A stretch of 63,593 nt of DNA, the filler included, from Nitrospinota bacterium (GTDB lineage: Bacteria > JAUXIQ01), in NCBI GenBank assembly GCA_030620925.1. It is 8 parts of 8 records of this genome, joined end to end, with 100 filler letters (N's around TTAATTAATTAA, not from the genome) between each part and the next. Parts side by side here need not be neighbours in the genome. Positions count along the whole stretch, not along the records: positions 14,095 to 24,060 come from JAUXIQ010000044.1; positions 24,161 to 28,552 come from JAUXIQ010000222.1; positions 28,653 to 33,744 come from JAUXIQ010000183.1; 5 more parts are not named here. One strand, given 5' to 3'. This document shows, one piece after another, positions 19,909-31,146 of this stretch (the stretch's first letter is position 1; each line of letters starts with the position of its first letter). The translations under genes and the position numbers were made by a program. Below the pieces are notes generated by a model that saw only the letters and a program-made list of their open reading frames with translations, did not search any database and was not told the origin of the DNA.

Positions 19909-20021
19909 TCCGTTTTCTCCCCGATTTGAGAATTCCCTGGTTCGGTTCATTCCACTCATTAAATGAAGCTATGCTCTGCCCTGTTCGTTGTCAACGTAAA
20001 AACGGGTGAGCTTTGGCCTGT

Positions 20022-20729
20022 CTATGAGAGGAGCAGCCGTAAAGATACGGCCATGATTGCCCCCAGCACGATCCTCTTGAACAGCTTGGTCTCCAATCTT
20101 ACCAGGAAACGTTTGCCCGTAAAGACTCCGAAGAAGGCCAGAACGACAAGAGGAATTATGTAGCTGAAATATTCCGATCGCAGAGCGCCCTGGTACAGGT
20201 AAACGCTTACCCTGGTGACGTCTACAATGACCGCTATGGCCGCCGAGGTGGCGATGTAGGTCTTCTTATCGATTTTTGTGGATATCAGAAAGACAGACCG
20301 TACCGCACCCCCCAACCCTATCAACCCCCCGGTGAACCCGGATATTAGGCCTCCCGTAACCAGGGTTTTCCTGCTCTCGGGAATGGAAAAATCCAGGTTG
20401 AAAAGCGAATAGGCTGAATAAGCCAGGAGGAAGACAGCGAATATCAGGGAAAGGGGCCGGGCGTTAAAATAGTGGAGCAACTGGGCTCCTATAAAAGCGG
20501 AGCCCGCGCTGGGCAGTCCGTAAATCAAGAACAGACGTTTATCGATGGACTTCCTGAAAAAACCGGTTTTGGAGAGATTACTGGCGCCGTGAAAAAAGGC
20601 TACCAGGACGATGGCCTGCTTGAGGGGGATGACCAGGCTCATGAACGGCGTGAGGATAGTGGCGGAGCCGAATCCCGCCACTGTTGCGAACAGAGCGGCG
20701 ATAAACGCAATTCCGAATATTAATACCAT
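20022..20729 (-). CDS. TauE/SafE family membrane transporter
   Basis: AGFGSATILTP and GGLIGLGG motifs; multiple TM helices. Confidence 0.88.
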   Translation of the reverse strand: MVLIFGIAFIAALFATVAGFGSATILTPFMSLVIPLKQAIVLVAFFHGASNLSKTGFFRKSIDKRLFLIYGLPSAGSAFIGAQLLHYFNARPLSLIFAVFLLAYSAYSLFNLDFSIPESRKTLVTGGLISGFTGGLIGLGGAVRSVFLISTKIDKKTYIATSAAIAVIVDVTRVSVYLYQGALRSEYFSYIIPLVVLAFFGVFTGKRFLVRLETKLFKRIVLGAIMAVSLRLLLS

Positions 20730-20887
20730 GGCCGGGCTTAAAGGGCCTCAAATACGTTGGAGTGGGTTCTCCCCATGAAGGCCGGCATTCCGGCATTATA
20801 GAGCCGGCTGCACCTGAATCTCAACCTATTATCTCCGGAGGCTCTCCTACTATCAAGACCAAAGTTGGATTGTTTCGGCGGAAGCCC

Positions 20888-21118
20888 TCAGCTTATATCT
20901 TCTTTTATCCGTTCATACTGGGCCCTGTCTATCTCCCCGCGGGCATAGCGCTTTTTGAGAATCTCCAAAGGCGTTTCACTGGCAGGTGAGTCGCCTCTGT
21001 TCTCTCTCACGACCCATCTTACCAGAAAAACAATGCCCACGATAATGAGCGCCCAGACCAGAATCATTATTATCGGGCCTCCCCACATCCCGGAGGTACC
21101 CATTCCCCAACCCATCAT
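20888..21118 (-). CDS. SHOCT-domain membrane protein
   Basis: Met/Gly-rich N-terminus, one TM helix, PLEILKKRYARGEID. Confidence 0.88.
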   Translation of the reverse strand: MMGWGMGTSGMWGGPIIMILVWALIIVGIVFLVRWVVRENRGDSPASETPLEILKKRYARGEIDRAQYERIKEDIS

Positions 21119-21259
21119 GTTCAAATCTCCTCTTATTGCTAAGGTTAAATTATTTATGGTCGCATCGACCGTTGAGTTACACTCTTTTTGGTCGGTCTTA
21201 ATCTAAAGACGTCTGTCTGGAAATATAGTTTAATATTCCCGGGATTTCAACATTTATTC

Positions 21260-21288
21260 TTGACTACCCCCCGGGGGCATACTATATT
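21260..21288 (+). promoter_or_regulatory. sigma70 promoter with CsoR-type operator in the spacer
   Basis: TTGACT-17-TATATT enclosing TACCCCCCGGGGGCATA (C-tract/G-tract pseudo-palindrome). Confidence 0.75.
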
Positions 21289-21425
21289 AACATTGAGCTG
21301 AAAGGGGATGATACTGCTTATAATGGATGATTATGCAGATTCTAAAGTGATGTAATCAATTATACCCATGCCCCCCATAAGCATAATCGGCTATTTTAAA
21401 CTACTCGTTATCGAGAGGGTGCAGC

Positions 21426-21707
21426 ATGAGAAACCATGAGATTGCAAAGGAAGTCACCGTCAGGATGAACAAGGTCGTCGGGCAGCTTCAGGGCATACAG
21501 AAAATGGTGGAGGAGGACAGGTACTGCGTGGACATTCTCATCCAGCTTTCCTCCGTTGCGGGTGCGCTGTCCAGGATCGAAGACCTGGTGATGAGGCAGC
21601 ACCTGGAGCATTGCGTGGCCGAAGCCATGGCCTCAGGTAGGGAGAAGGAGAAGGAGGAGAAGATAAACGAAGTCATGGAAGTCGTCTCCCGCTTCAGGAG
21701 GCGTTAG
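21426..21707 (+). CDS. csoR: CsoR-family copper-sensing repressor
   Basis: GQLQGIQKMVEEDRYC...HLEHCV (Cys-His-Cys ligands); directly upstream of copA. Confidence 0.9.
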   Translation: MRNHEIAKEVTVRMNKVVGQLQGIQKMVEEDRYCVDILIQLSSVAGALSRIEDLVMRQHLEHCVAEAMASGREKEKEEKINEVMEVVSRFRRR

Positions 21708-21784
21708 TGATGGCTGAGGCTGGTCGGCTTATATATAGCGAGCGAGGGAGTATTTTTATACCTAACTGGAGAGGGATGGTCTAG

Positions 21785-24060
21785 ATGGAAGTGAAAACGA
21801 AAAACAGAGTGGACATCGGAATAAAAGGGATGACCTGTGCGGCATGCGCGGCGAAAATAGAGAAGGCACTGAACTCTACTCCCGGCGTTGAGGAGGCCAA
21901 CGTCAACTTCGCCATGGAACGGGCCACGGTGAACTTCGACCCGGAAAAGGCGGATTTTGATGCCCTCAAGGGTGTGGTAGAGAAGTTAGGCTATCAGACC
22001 GCCGTGGAGAAGGTGGATCTCCCCATCGGGGGGATGACCTGCGCCTCTTGTGTGGCCAAAGTGGAGAAGGCCCTCAAGGGTGTGGAGGGGGTGGTCAGCG
22101 CCTCTGTCAACTTCGCCACCGAAACAGCCACCGTGGAATACCTTCCCTCTGCGGCTTCCATGGAGGACCTGAAACGAGCCGTGACCGGGATAGGCTACAA
22201 AGTGTTGGCGGGGAAGGAGCCGGATGAGATAGCGGATACCGAGAAGAAAGAGCGACGGAAAGAGATCAGGGTGCTTAAAATAAAGCTTTCCATGGGCATC
22301 ATACTTTCCGTGCCCATTCTCTTGGGCAGTTTCGCCGAATGGCTGCCCGGCGTGCCGCATTTCCTGACCAATTTTTATCTGCTCATGATTCTGGCGGCAC
22401 CCGTCCAGTTCTGGGTCGGCAAACAGTTTTACGCAGGCTTCTGGGCGGCCCTGAAGAATAAGACCTCCGACATGAATACCCTAATAGCTGTAGGTACCTC
22501 AGCGGCCTTCAGTTATAGCGTAGCCATGACCCTGTTCCCTGACTATTTCATCAGTAAAGGCTATAGGCCTAACGTCTATTTCGATACAGCCGCCTTGATA
22601 ATCACCCTCATCCTCCTGGGTCGATTGCTGGAGGCCTCAGCCAAGGGGAAGACCTCGGAAGCCATCAAGAAGCTCATGGGGTTGCAGGCCAGGACGGCGC
22701 GTGTGATAAGGGATGACCAGGAGGTGGATATTCCGATCGAAGAGGTGCGGATGGGGGACGTGGTGGTGGTGAGGCCGGGGGAGAAGGTCCCCGTTGACGG
22801 CGTCATCACGCAGGGTTACTCAACCATCGATGAATCCATGCTCACCGGAGAGAGCATACCCGTGGAGAAGAAAGAGGGGGATGAAGTCATCGGGGCCACA
22901 ATCAATAAGGCGGGGACGTTCCGGTTCGAGGCCGTCAGGGTGGGCAAGGAGACGGCCTTGGCCCAGATAGTCAAGCTGGTGCAGGAAGCCCAGGGCTCGA
23001 AAGCGCCCATACAGCGTCTGGCGGACAGGATCGCGGGATATTTCGTTCCGGCGGTTATATCGGTGGCCGTTTTCACCCTGGTGATATGGAATTTTTACGG
23101 GCCGGAGCCCGCCTTCCTTTTCGCTCTGCTCAACTTCGGTGCCGTACTCATAATCGCCTGCCCCTGCGCGCTGGGGCTGGCTACACCCACAGCCATAATG
23201 GTAGGTACCGGCAAGGGGGCCGAGAACGGCATACTGATTCGCGGCGGTGAAAGCCTGGAGACGGCGCATAAGATAAATTCCATTATCTTCGACAAGACGG
23301 GAACGCTCACTAAAGGGGAACCCCAGGTGACGGACGTCATAACAACCAACGGACATAAACGTGAAGAACTACTTAGGTTGGTTGCCAGTGCGGAACGAGG
23401 CTCCGAACACCCCCTGGGAGAGGCCATCGTCAACAAAGCTAAAGAGGAGGCCGTACAGCTCAATGACCCCGAGGAGTTCGAAGCCGTGGCCGGCCATGGG
23501 ATCAAGGCAAAGATAAGCGGTGTCACGTTATCCATCGGTAACCTGAAGCTCATGAACGACTTATCCATAGATACCGACGGCCTGTCGCACGAGGCGGATA
23601 AGCTCTCCGGCGATGGCAAGACGCCTATGTACGTTGCCCTGGATGGTACCCTTGGCGGGATAATTGCCGTGGCAGACGTGTTGAAAGAGGGTTCAGTGAA
23701 AGCCGTTGAGCGGCTGCACGACATGGGCGTTGAGGTGGTAATGATCACCGGCGATAATAAAAGGACCGCAGAAGCTATTGCAAGCCAAGTTGGCATAGGC
23801 CGGGTGCTTTCTGAAGTTGTGCCGGAGGGAAAGGCTCAGGAGGTTAAGAAACTACAGGGTGAAGGTAGGGTAGTGGCCATGGTGGGCGACGGCATCAACG
23901 ACGCTCCCGCCCTTGCGCAAGCAGATGTGGGAATAGCCATAGGCACCGGCACAGACGTGGCAATGGAGGCCTCGGACGTCACCCTCATCGGCGGCGACCT
24001 GAACAGCGTGGTGACCGCCATTCAGCTCAGCAAGAGCACCATGCGCACCATAAGGCAGAA
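21785..24060 (+). CDS. copA: Cu(I)-translocating P1B ATPase, 3' truncated
   Basis: two GMTCxxC HMA domains, [24 protein letters not shown] and GDGINDAP. Confidence 0.95.
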
Positions 24061-24160
24061 NNNNNNNNNNNNNNNNNNNNNNNNNNNNNNNNNNNNNNNN
24101 NNNNTTAATTAATTAANNNNNNNNNNNNNNNNNNNNNNNNNNNNNNNNNNNNNNNNNNNN
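24061..24160. other. artificial contig linker
   Basis: N-TTAATTAATTAA-N. Confidence 0.98.
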
Positions 24161-24246
24161 AGTGACGGGGTTCGAACCCACCTCGCGGCGGGAGCATCAT
24201 TGCCTCTGTGAACCCCTCGTCCCACGGGAGGGCGGATGATCGCCCC

Positions 24247-24333
24247 GGGCAGGCACGAGACCTGCCCCTACAATCGCGCCTGTCCCACGTATGAGCGACA
24301 ATCCTGTTGAGACAATTCATGAATTGTCTCAAC
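24247..24333. repeat. GTAG-type REP pair
   Basis: minus strand GTAGGGGCAGGTCTCGTGCCTGCCC at 24247-24271 and palindrome GTTGAGACAATTCATGAATTGTCTCAAC at 24306-24333. Confidence 0.75.
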
Positions 24334-24474
24334 GACTGGTTGTATTTCACCTGAATAGATCATACAAGGGGGTTAGCAATAGGCACATCCGCGGGTGACA
24401 GTTTAAAAAGTTTTTGGAAGGAGTCTGAGGAAACGTTTTTCCCAAAAAGGTTTCCTCAGTTTCCTATGCAAAAC

Positions 24475-25608
24475 TTAATGATGATGGCTGAGCTCACCGG
24501 CGGCATGAGAGTGTTCAGCCTGGCAACAGAGATCGTCCTCCGACAAATGCTTCCGGCGAAATCGGACTATCACGCATCTGAGGAAGAGCAGCAGAACTAT
24601 CACCGATGTCCCAATTTTCAGCCAGTAAGGCAGGAATTCGGTGCCGTGGGTCACGTAGGTGGTGTAGTCCAGCCCCAGGCCCAGGACCAATACGTTGAGC
24701 AGATAACCCATGAGGAGGCTCATGGCGCACACTGACACCAGGTAGACTACCGTAACCCGTTTTCCGAGGTAACGGCCCACCATGGTTATGGCGGCAACGT
24801 TGGTGGCCGGTCCGGCCAGCAGGAAGACCAGCGCCGCACCGGGGTTCAAACCCCTCAAAATGAGAGCCGCCGCTATGGGGGTGGACGCGCTGGCGCAGAT
24901 GTATATGGGCACCCCCACCGCCAGCATCAGAAGCATGGAGGAGAAAGGTCCACCCATGTAGTCACTGAAAAAGTTTTCCGGAATGATGTATGAGACCACG
25001 CCCGCCAGCAGGAAACCGAAGAAGAGCCAGCCCGCGATATCTCCGAAAAATTCGTCAAAAGCGTAGCGGAAGGCGCTGCCCGCCATCTCCCGCCTGGTGT
25101 GCGAGTGCCCGGTGTCCCCGTTCTCCAGGTCGCACACCTGGCAGATGTCCTCCGTCGGTTCCTGCACCTTTTCCTCACCCTTCAAGGCGTTGGCCCAGAG
25201 ACCGGTCACCACCGCCGTCACCAATGCCGCAACCGGTCTGAACACCGCAAACAAAGGGCCCAGCAGTGCGTAAGAGATTGCGATGGAGTCCACCCCCGTC
25301 TCGGGCGTGGAGACCATAAACGAGAGAGACGCTCCTTTGGAAGAACCCTGCCGCCTCATGGACAGCGCCATGGGCACCACCCCGCAACTGCACAGCGGGA
25401 GCGGTATTCCGAAAAGCGCCGCACGCACCACCGACCGGGCGTCATCACCGCCCATGTGGCTGTAGATTTTTTCCTGTTTGTAGACGACCTTGAACAGACC
25501 GGCCAGGGCAAGCCCTATCAGCAGATATAAGGAAGCTTCGTTGAGGACGTGAAACGCCTCCAGCAGAATACCCATTACCGCGCCGGCGGCCTGGTCGAAA
25601 AAAGGCAT
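24475..25608 (-). CDS. ArsP/DUF318-type permease (SO_0444-like Cu/Zn efflux)
   Basis: PLPLCSCGVVP, TPETGVDS, YICASASTP, AGPATN and His/Cys-rich loops. Confidence 0.88.
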   Translation of the reverse strand: MPFFDQAAGAVMGILLEAFHVLNEASLYLLIGLALAGLFKVVYKQEKIYSHMGGDDARSVVRAALFGIPLPLCSCGVVPMALSMRRQGSSKGASLSFMVSTPETGVDSIAISYALLGPLFAVFRPVAALVTAVVTGLWANALKGEEKVQEPTEDICQVCDLENGDTGHSHTRREMAGSAFRYAFDEFFGDIAGWLFFGFLLAGVVSYIIPENFFSDYMGGPFSSMLLMLAVGVPIYICASASTPIAAALILRGLNPGAALVFLLAGPATNVAAITMVGRYLGKRVTVVYLVSVCAMSLLMGYLLNVLVLGLGLDYTTYVTHGTEFLPYWLKIGTSVIVLLLFLRCVIVRFRRKHLSEDDLCCQAEHSHAAGELSHHH

Positions 25609-25631
25609 TGAAAGTGCACCCCCAGTATCAA

Positions 25632-25655
25632 ATATATGAACAGATGTTCATATAT
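25632..25655. promoter_or_regulatory. SmtB/ArsR-type operator
   Basis: perfect ATATATGAACA-GA-TGTTCATATAT, just downstream of minus-strand TTGACA-16-TAAAAT and upstream of the permease. Confidence 0.85.
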
Positions 25656-25729
25656 ATTTTACTATCTCTAAGCCGTTTGTCAACAATTTTATCGGGAGAT
25701 TGATAGTAAAACTGTAGTGGTTCGACCGC

Positions 25730-26110
25730 CTAGGAATGGCGGACGTGGCTCAAACATTCTTCGAGGAGGTTTAAAATATGTTCGTCGTCGAGGGAATAAA
25801 ACACCATCCGCCCCTCTTTTCTATATTTGACCAGCCGGAGGGAGCGCAGAACGCGCAGATGGTGGGATATGGCCGACTCGGACATGTTGAGCAGCACGGA
25901 AATATCGCACACGCAAAGCTCTTCATTGGATAGTGCGTACAATATCTTGGCCCTGACTGGATCCCCCAGGGCCTTGAAAGTAGAGGCAAGCTCCGATGCC
26001 TGGCCCTCGGGTATCATCTCGGCCGCCACCCGTTCGACCTTCTCCTTATCGAAGGCGAACGCCTCGCAGGAAGGGCTGTACTCTTTTTCCTTCAAATCCG
26101 CGCCTCTCAT
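25730..26110 (-). CDS. ArsR/SmtB metalloregulator
   Basis: FKALGDPVR, ELCVCD, SAISHHLRVL and alpha5-type DDEH...H. Confidence 0.93.
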   Translation of the reverse strand: MRGADLKEKEYSPSCEAFAFDKEKVERVAAEMIPEGQASELASTFKALGDPVRAKILYALSNEELCVCDISVLLNMSESAISHHLRVLRSLRLVKYRKEGRMVFYSLDDEHILNLLEECLSHVRHS

Positions 26111-26190
26111 GATCTATAAACCATACAATCAGCCTGACAATTATATACCTTTATATATAACTACCAGAGTTCAACGCGTGCAACATCTTA

Positions 26191-26964
26191 TCATGCCCGC
26201 TGGTAAACGAGCTGTCGCATGCCCCACTCGATTTCCATTTCCCTGTTCGATTCATCGGAGAGGGCGTAGAGTCCCTGCTCCAACCGGTCGATCGTCTCCG
26301 GCGAATGGTTCGCCCGGATAAAAGGACTCTCTTTCCAGAACTGCATGTTCAAAAAGAACATGGTCGCCGCCTGGCTGTTTTTAACCAGCTTCCGCCTGAC
26401 CCGGCTCGCCCGCTTCTTCAGGCCCCCGATATCCGTGAAACCGTCCAGCGGCGGCCCCACGTAGAGTTGGTTGGACTGATGTTCGAGCATGGCGTCGACA
26501 ATTTTGATGTAATCCTTAAATACGTCTTTCTCCATGTGGATCCACTCCACTTCTTCTATCAGCAAAAGCCCGCCGGGCTGAAGCTGTGTGGCCCAATCCG
26601 TTATCTGGGAGCGGAGCTCATTCAGATGGGTGAGCAGCATGCGACAGTAGATGAGATCGGCCGGTCCCGCAGGAAAAGGAAGCGACGTTACGTCGTGCAG
26701 ATAAAAAGAGACTTTTTCCGTTTCGGTCTTTTTGGCGAGCGATACGAAATGCTCGGAATTGTCCAGGCCCGCCGTATGCTCACATTGGAGGACATCCGAC
26801 AATAAATGCGTAGTATAGCCCGGCCCGCAGCCCACGTCCACCGCCAGGCGGGGTTCATCTGCAACCGCGTCGAGCAGAAAGGCCCTGGTCGGCTCGGCAT
26901 AGACCTCCGCCAGGACTTTCAGCCTCCGCGCCGCTATATCCGTATCGCCGAAAAGGTATTCCAT
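26191..26964 (-). CDS. class I SAM-dependent methyltransferase
   Basis: VDVGCGPG and LQPGGLLLIEE. Confidence 0.88.
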   Translation of the reverse strand: MEYLFGDTDIAARRLKVLAEVYAEPTRAFLLDAVADEPRLAVDVGCGPGYTTHLLSDVLQCEHTAGLDNSEHFVSLAKKTETEKVSFYLHDVTSLPFPAGPADLIYCRMLLTHLNELRSQITDWATQLQPGGLLLIEEVEWIHMEKDVFKDYIKIVDAMLEHQSNQLYVGPPLDGFTDIGGLKKRASRVRRKLVKNSQAATMFFLNMQFWKESPFIRANHSPETIDRLEQGLYALSDESNREMEIEWGMRQLVYQRA

Positions 26965-27038
26965 TTCATTAAAAAGAGGTGGAGCGCAGCATCACAACCT
27001 GTCAAAAAAGAAAAACAAACTCCCCGGCAAACGCTGCG

Positions 27039-28552
27039 TCATCCGTCGAGAATTTTTTCCGCTTCTTCCCTGTAGGCCTCCATCACGTAGGAGATGCCGG
27101 AAATCTTCGCCGCATCTTCCGTAAGCGCCATCAGGTCTTTGCGGGAGATGTTCGAAAGCCTGAACCTCCTGCTTCCGGCCATCAACTGCTGCAGCCCCAC
27201 TTTCGTTTTCTGGCAGAATGTATAGATGCCCAAGGCGCCCAGAGGTATATCTTTCATCTCGTTACCATATTTCTCGACCAGTTCCTCATAAGCGATGAAA
27301 ATCTCCTCCACCTTGGTCCCGTACTTGGAAACGGTCTTTGGCAGGTCGCCGTTTTCCAGCCATTTTCCGATGTTTTTCCCCACCATTCCCGGTATCATCA
27401 GGGCCCTTCCCATACAGACGGCCTTGATGTATGGGCTGCCCATGGCGATGGCCTTGTAGATACCGTCTTCGGAGGAAAATCCGCCGGCGATGGCCAGGTC
27501 GGGCACTCTCAACCCATTTGCGGTTAGCTTCTCGCAGAACTGATGGGCCAGGGACTGGATGTAAAAGGTGGGGATGCCCCACTCGTTCATCATAGGCCAG
27601 GGACTCATGCCCGTGCCTCCGGGGGCGCCGTCTATGGTGAGCAGGTCCAGCTCCGCTTCCGCCCCGAACCGGAGCGCCATGGCCAGCTCTACCATCGAAT
27701 AGGCGCCGGTCTTGAGCGTAATCCTTTTGAAGCCCAGCTTGCGGAGCCGCTCTACTTCTCCCAGGAACGAGTCGCGGGTCACGAAACCGAGGCGGGAATG
27801 CCGCTCGAATTCCCGGATCGCCCCGTCCTTGTACCCCTCCTGAATCTCGTGCAGCGTGGGGTCGGGCAGGACGATGTAGCCCCTCTCCTTCAGCTCGATA
27901 GCCCTCTCTATCTCGTTGACTTTGATTTCGCCGCCGATACACTTGGCACCCTGCCCCCACTTCAGCTCAATGGTGTCCAGCTTATGCTTCTCCAAAACGT
28001 ATTCCGCAACCCCCAGCCGCGTGTCTTCCACGTTCATCTGGATGAGTATCTCGCCGTAGCCTTCGTGAAACCTATTGTAGGTCTCTATTCGGCGGTCCAT
28101 CTCCGGGGATTTTTTGACACTGCCATCCCCGTTCCGCTCAAGCCCGGGGTCTATCCCGCAAACGTTCTCGCCGCACACCAGCGTAACGCCACCGATGGCG
28201 GCTCCGATGGCGAAATGTTCCCAGTTGACTCTCGCTATCTCCGTGGAACCGAGGGCGCCGGTGAAAATGGGCACCCGCATCTTGACTTTTTTCTCCCAGC
28301 CATACTCCGTTTCCGTGTCCACAGCGGGGAATACCGCCGTGTCGGGGCCTGCTTCCACGCCTTCGGGCAGGCCCTCCGCCCCCACTGCGTAGCCCTGAAT
28401 ATTCAGGTGTGAATAGTCCACCGGGTAGTTTTTGTCCGCTCCGGCGGTTATCTCCGCGAAAGGACCGGGGTAGATCACCTCCCGGCCCCTGAACGCCGCG
28501 AGCCATATCTCACATCCTCCCTTGCATCCGTCCAGGCAATCCGAGCATATCC
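27039..28552 (-). CDS. FMN-binding glutamate synthase-family protein, 5' truncated
   Basis: ELKWGQGAK, DGAPGGTGMSP and AIAGG; frame open to the contig edge. Confidence 0.85.
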
Positions 28553-28652
28553 NNNNNNNNNNNNNNNNNNNNNNNNNNNNNNNNNNNNNNNNNNNNTTAA
28601 TTAATTAANNNNNNNNNNNNNNNNNNNNNNNNNNNNNNNNNNNNNNNNNNNN
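28553..28652. other. artificial contig linker
   Basis: N-TTAATTAATTAA-N. Confidence 0.98.
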
Positions 28653-29159
28653 ATCTACTGGGGTTGGGCGCTGACTATGCAAGGGGAGGTAGAAGAGGGA
28701 ATTTCGATGATGCAAAAAGGTCAGGACGCTGCAAGAGCAACGGGGGGAGGGCTGTGGCCGCTTATGATAGCTGTGCTGGTCGAGGGGTACGGAAGAGGAG
28801 GAGAGGCCGAAGAAGGACTTACCACTCTGGCCGAGGGGCTGGATGGATTGCACAAGGCCGGAGGCCGTTTCATTGGAGCGGATTTGCATCGTCAAAGAGG
28901 GGAATTGTTACTGGCCCAATCGAAGGGGAATGAGATTGAGACGGAAACGTGTTTTAATAAAGCCATTGAGATTGCCCGTAAGCAGAGTGCAAAATCTTTT
29001 GAGTTGCGGGCGGCCATGAGCCTGAGCCGCCTGTGGCAGAAACAGGGCAAGCGTGAGGAATCCCGCGACCTGCTTGCCATTGTCTACGACTGGTTCACCG
29101 AAGGCTTCGACACAGCCGACCTCAAAGACGCCAAAGCACTCCTCGAAGAATTATCATAA
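28653..29159 (+). CDS. C-terminal TPR region of an adenylate cyclase/AAA-ATPase-type protein, 5' truncated
   Basis: ARKQSAKSFELRAAMSLSRLW..YDWFTEGFDTADLKDAKALL tail. Confidence 0.85.
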   Translation: MYWGWALTMQGEVEEGISMMQKGQDAARATGGGLWPLMIAVLVEGYGRGGEAEEGLTTLAEGLDGLHKAGGRFIGADLHRQRGELLLAQSKGNEIETETCFNKAIEIARKQSAKSFELRAAMSLSRLWQKQGKREESRDLLAIVYDWFTEGFDTADLKDAKALLEELS

Positions 29160-29252
29160 GAAGACGCCTCTATTAACGCCCTCTTTTTTTTAATTAAAAG
29201 ATTTAACCGCGCCCGTTGAGTGAGAATGAAAACAACAGGGGCGATAATTTGG

Positions 29253-30620
29253 TCATTCTAATCTGGTCCAGGATATGAGTTTTCCGATGAGCGGGCCGTT
29301 TGGAGGCGGTGCGGTGTTGTCATAAATGATAGTGATATTTCCGCTCAAAGAGTTGAGAGAAGACCCGGTGCTTGATATCGTAGGACCGTAAATAGTTTTA
29401 TTGCCGCCGCAACAATAATCGAAATTGGAAGCTGTATAGAGACCTAACTGGTTGCCCGGACTGCCGATGGCTACGGCTCCTGAAAAAATTATTTGTCCGC
29501 TTGAAACAGCAGCTACACCTTCAAGGTCAGAATGACCCTGAACACTCGCGTTAGCAAGGAACTCTATATCGCCAGAGGCTATAATCACGCCGCTCCAGGG
29601 TTGACCGGTTATGCTCACTATTACATTCCCATTTATATATACTACTCCGCTTAGAGGGACGGTGGCTGTGCTGCCGGGGCAGCCTGAACTAAATTCTATG
29701 GTAACTGTTGTAGCAGCATCCGGGGGGTCCCTGTAGAGAAAAAGGCATTCCGTGTTGTCAAAGTTCTCATGGAGGTCACCCGCACCGCCTGGCGGCCTCT
29801 TGGGAACGGTCAATATGTTGGATATGTCTATTACCAGGTTACTCGCCAGTGACCTGTAGTATTCTGGGTTTATGGCAGGTATATCTATCACCTGCACATC
29901 ACCGATGCCAGTGGTGCCACCTCCGACAAGATCGACTACCCCGGTCACCGTACCGGTAGCGGTGACTTCGCCTTCAGCGACATCACCACCACCGTTACTT
30001 GAGAAGTTACTGTTAGTGTGGATAGATTGTTCGGAACCTAGTACCGATATGTTGCCTTGCAGGTTTATATCGCCACCGGATACAACGGCGTGATCCGGCT
30101 TGTAAGGTACCCTCTTATAAAGACCTTTAACGGTAGAATAAACATACACGTTTCCAATTCCATCCTCCACCCACCCTTGAGAGATCAGGACTACCGCCAG
30201 GTCTTCATCGTTGTTGTCGGACACAATGGTGTCGTTGGATAAGCCGCCAGCATAACCTGTATCATTATTGTCGGTGAGCCAGACTTTGAATTTCTTCCTA
30301 TCGTCCACCGTGATGGTATCTATCCACCTGTGCATGTTGTAGCTGTCGGAGTTAACAATTACAGTCTCCAGAGGATAGGTCGCGGTCAGCTCTACGTCTT
30401 CAAAACCGTCGTTATCATCCTGTTTTAGCTGTACCGCCCCCTGGATCAGCCCCATATCAGCCAGATGGAAGGCTTCACGCTTAAGCTTCGCTATGCTTAT
30501 CTGTTGGTGTTTACTTACCGCCGTGTTGAGGCTCACGGTGCCGACAATCAGCAGCGGGCCAAGCACCATAAGCATAAATACCAGCGCCATTCCGTCTTGC
30601 CGAGGTTTACGTTTTCCCAT
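29253..30620 (-). CDS. PilX-like N-terminal domain protein (copy 2)
   Basis: QDG|MALVFMLMVL leader and AFHLADMGL; colinear with 1565..2929 (shared HRWI, FKVWL, RPPGGAGDL, ECLFLYR.PPDAATTV). Confidence 0.72.
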   Translation of the reverse strand: MGKRKPRQDGMALVFMLMVLGPLLIVGTVSLNTAVSKHQQISIAKLKREAFHLADMGLIQGAVQLKQDDNDGFEDVELTATYPLETVIVNSDSYNMHRWIDTITVDDRKKFKVWLTDNNDTGYAGGLSNDTIVSDNNDEDLAVVLISQGWVEDGIGNVYVYSTVKGLYKRVPYKPDHAVVSGGDINLQGNISVLGSEQSIHTNSNFSSNGGGDVAEGEVTATGTVTGVVDLVGGGTTGIGDVQVIDIPAINPEYYRSLASNLVIDISNILTVPKRPPGGAGDLHENFDNTECLFLYRDPPDAATTVTIEFSSGCPGSTATVPLSGVVYINGNVIVSITGQPWSGVIIASGDIEFLANASVQGHSDLEGVAAVSSGQIIFSGAVAIGSPGNQLGLYTASNFDYCCGGNKTIYGPTISSTGSSLNSLSGNITIIYDNTAPPPNGPLIGKLISWTRLE

Positions 30621-31146
30621 GGGTTCACCGCTACTTTTCTTACTTCCAGATTCCAACGACTCAGGCACTCATGAACTTAAATATCATCGCCCACTATTAT
30701 TAAGGACTATATCGGCCTTATTATACCATTTTTTTAGTTAAACTTTGAGACTCATTAAGGATCTCCTAAAACCAGCCCGGTCTATTGAAATCTATTCCCT
30801 GCTCAGCCTGAGCACGGCAGCCTTACATTTTACCTGGGTATGGATAGATTTAGACCAACATAACCGGATTTTAAGCTTGCTTGTAGAGATTTCATCAGGT
30901 AGAAGAGAAATTGAAGGTATAAACAGATAACCTGCTATCCTATTTTAGGTTTTTCCCCGTATAAGAGGAAAGGGAAAACAGTTGTAGAGCCCTCTTTGAT
31001 AAAATCCTCGAAGTCCCGAAATACGCATTTTCGAGTTTTGTGCTTTTGGAGTGTTTCCATTTTACCGATTATAAATACGAGATTCTTGTGCGGGGCTTCT
31101 GAGAGCGTTGCCATACCTTGGGAAATAGGTGCAAGGAGGTTATAAA

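Noticed and set aside
24161-24245. GGGGTTCGAACCC T-loop-like motif
   Set aside because: Cannot be folded into a tRNA cloverleaf; sits at a contig edge next to REPs
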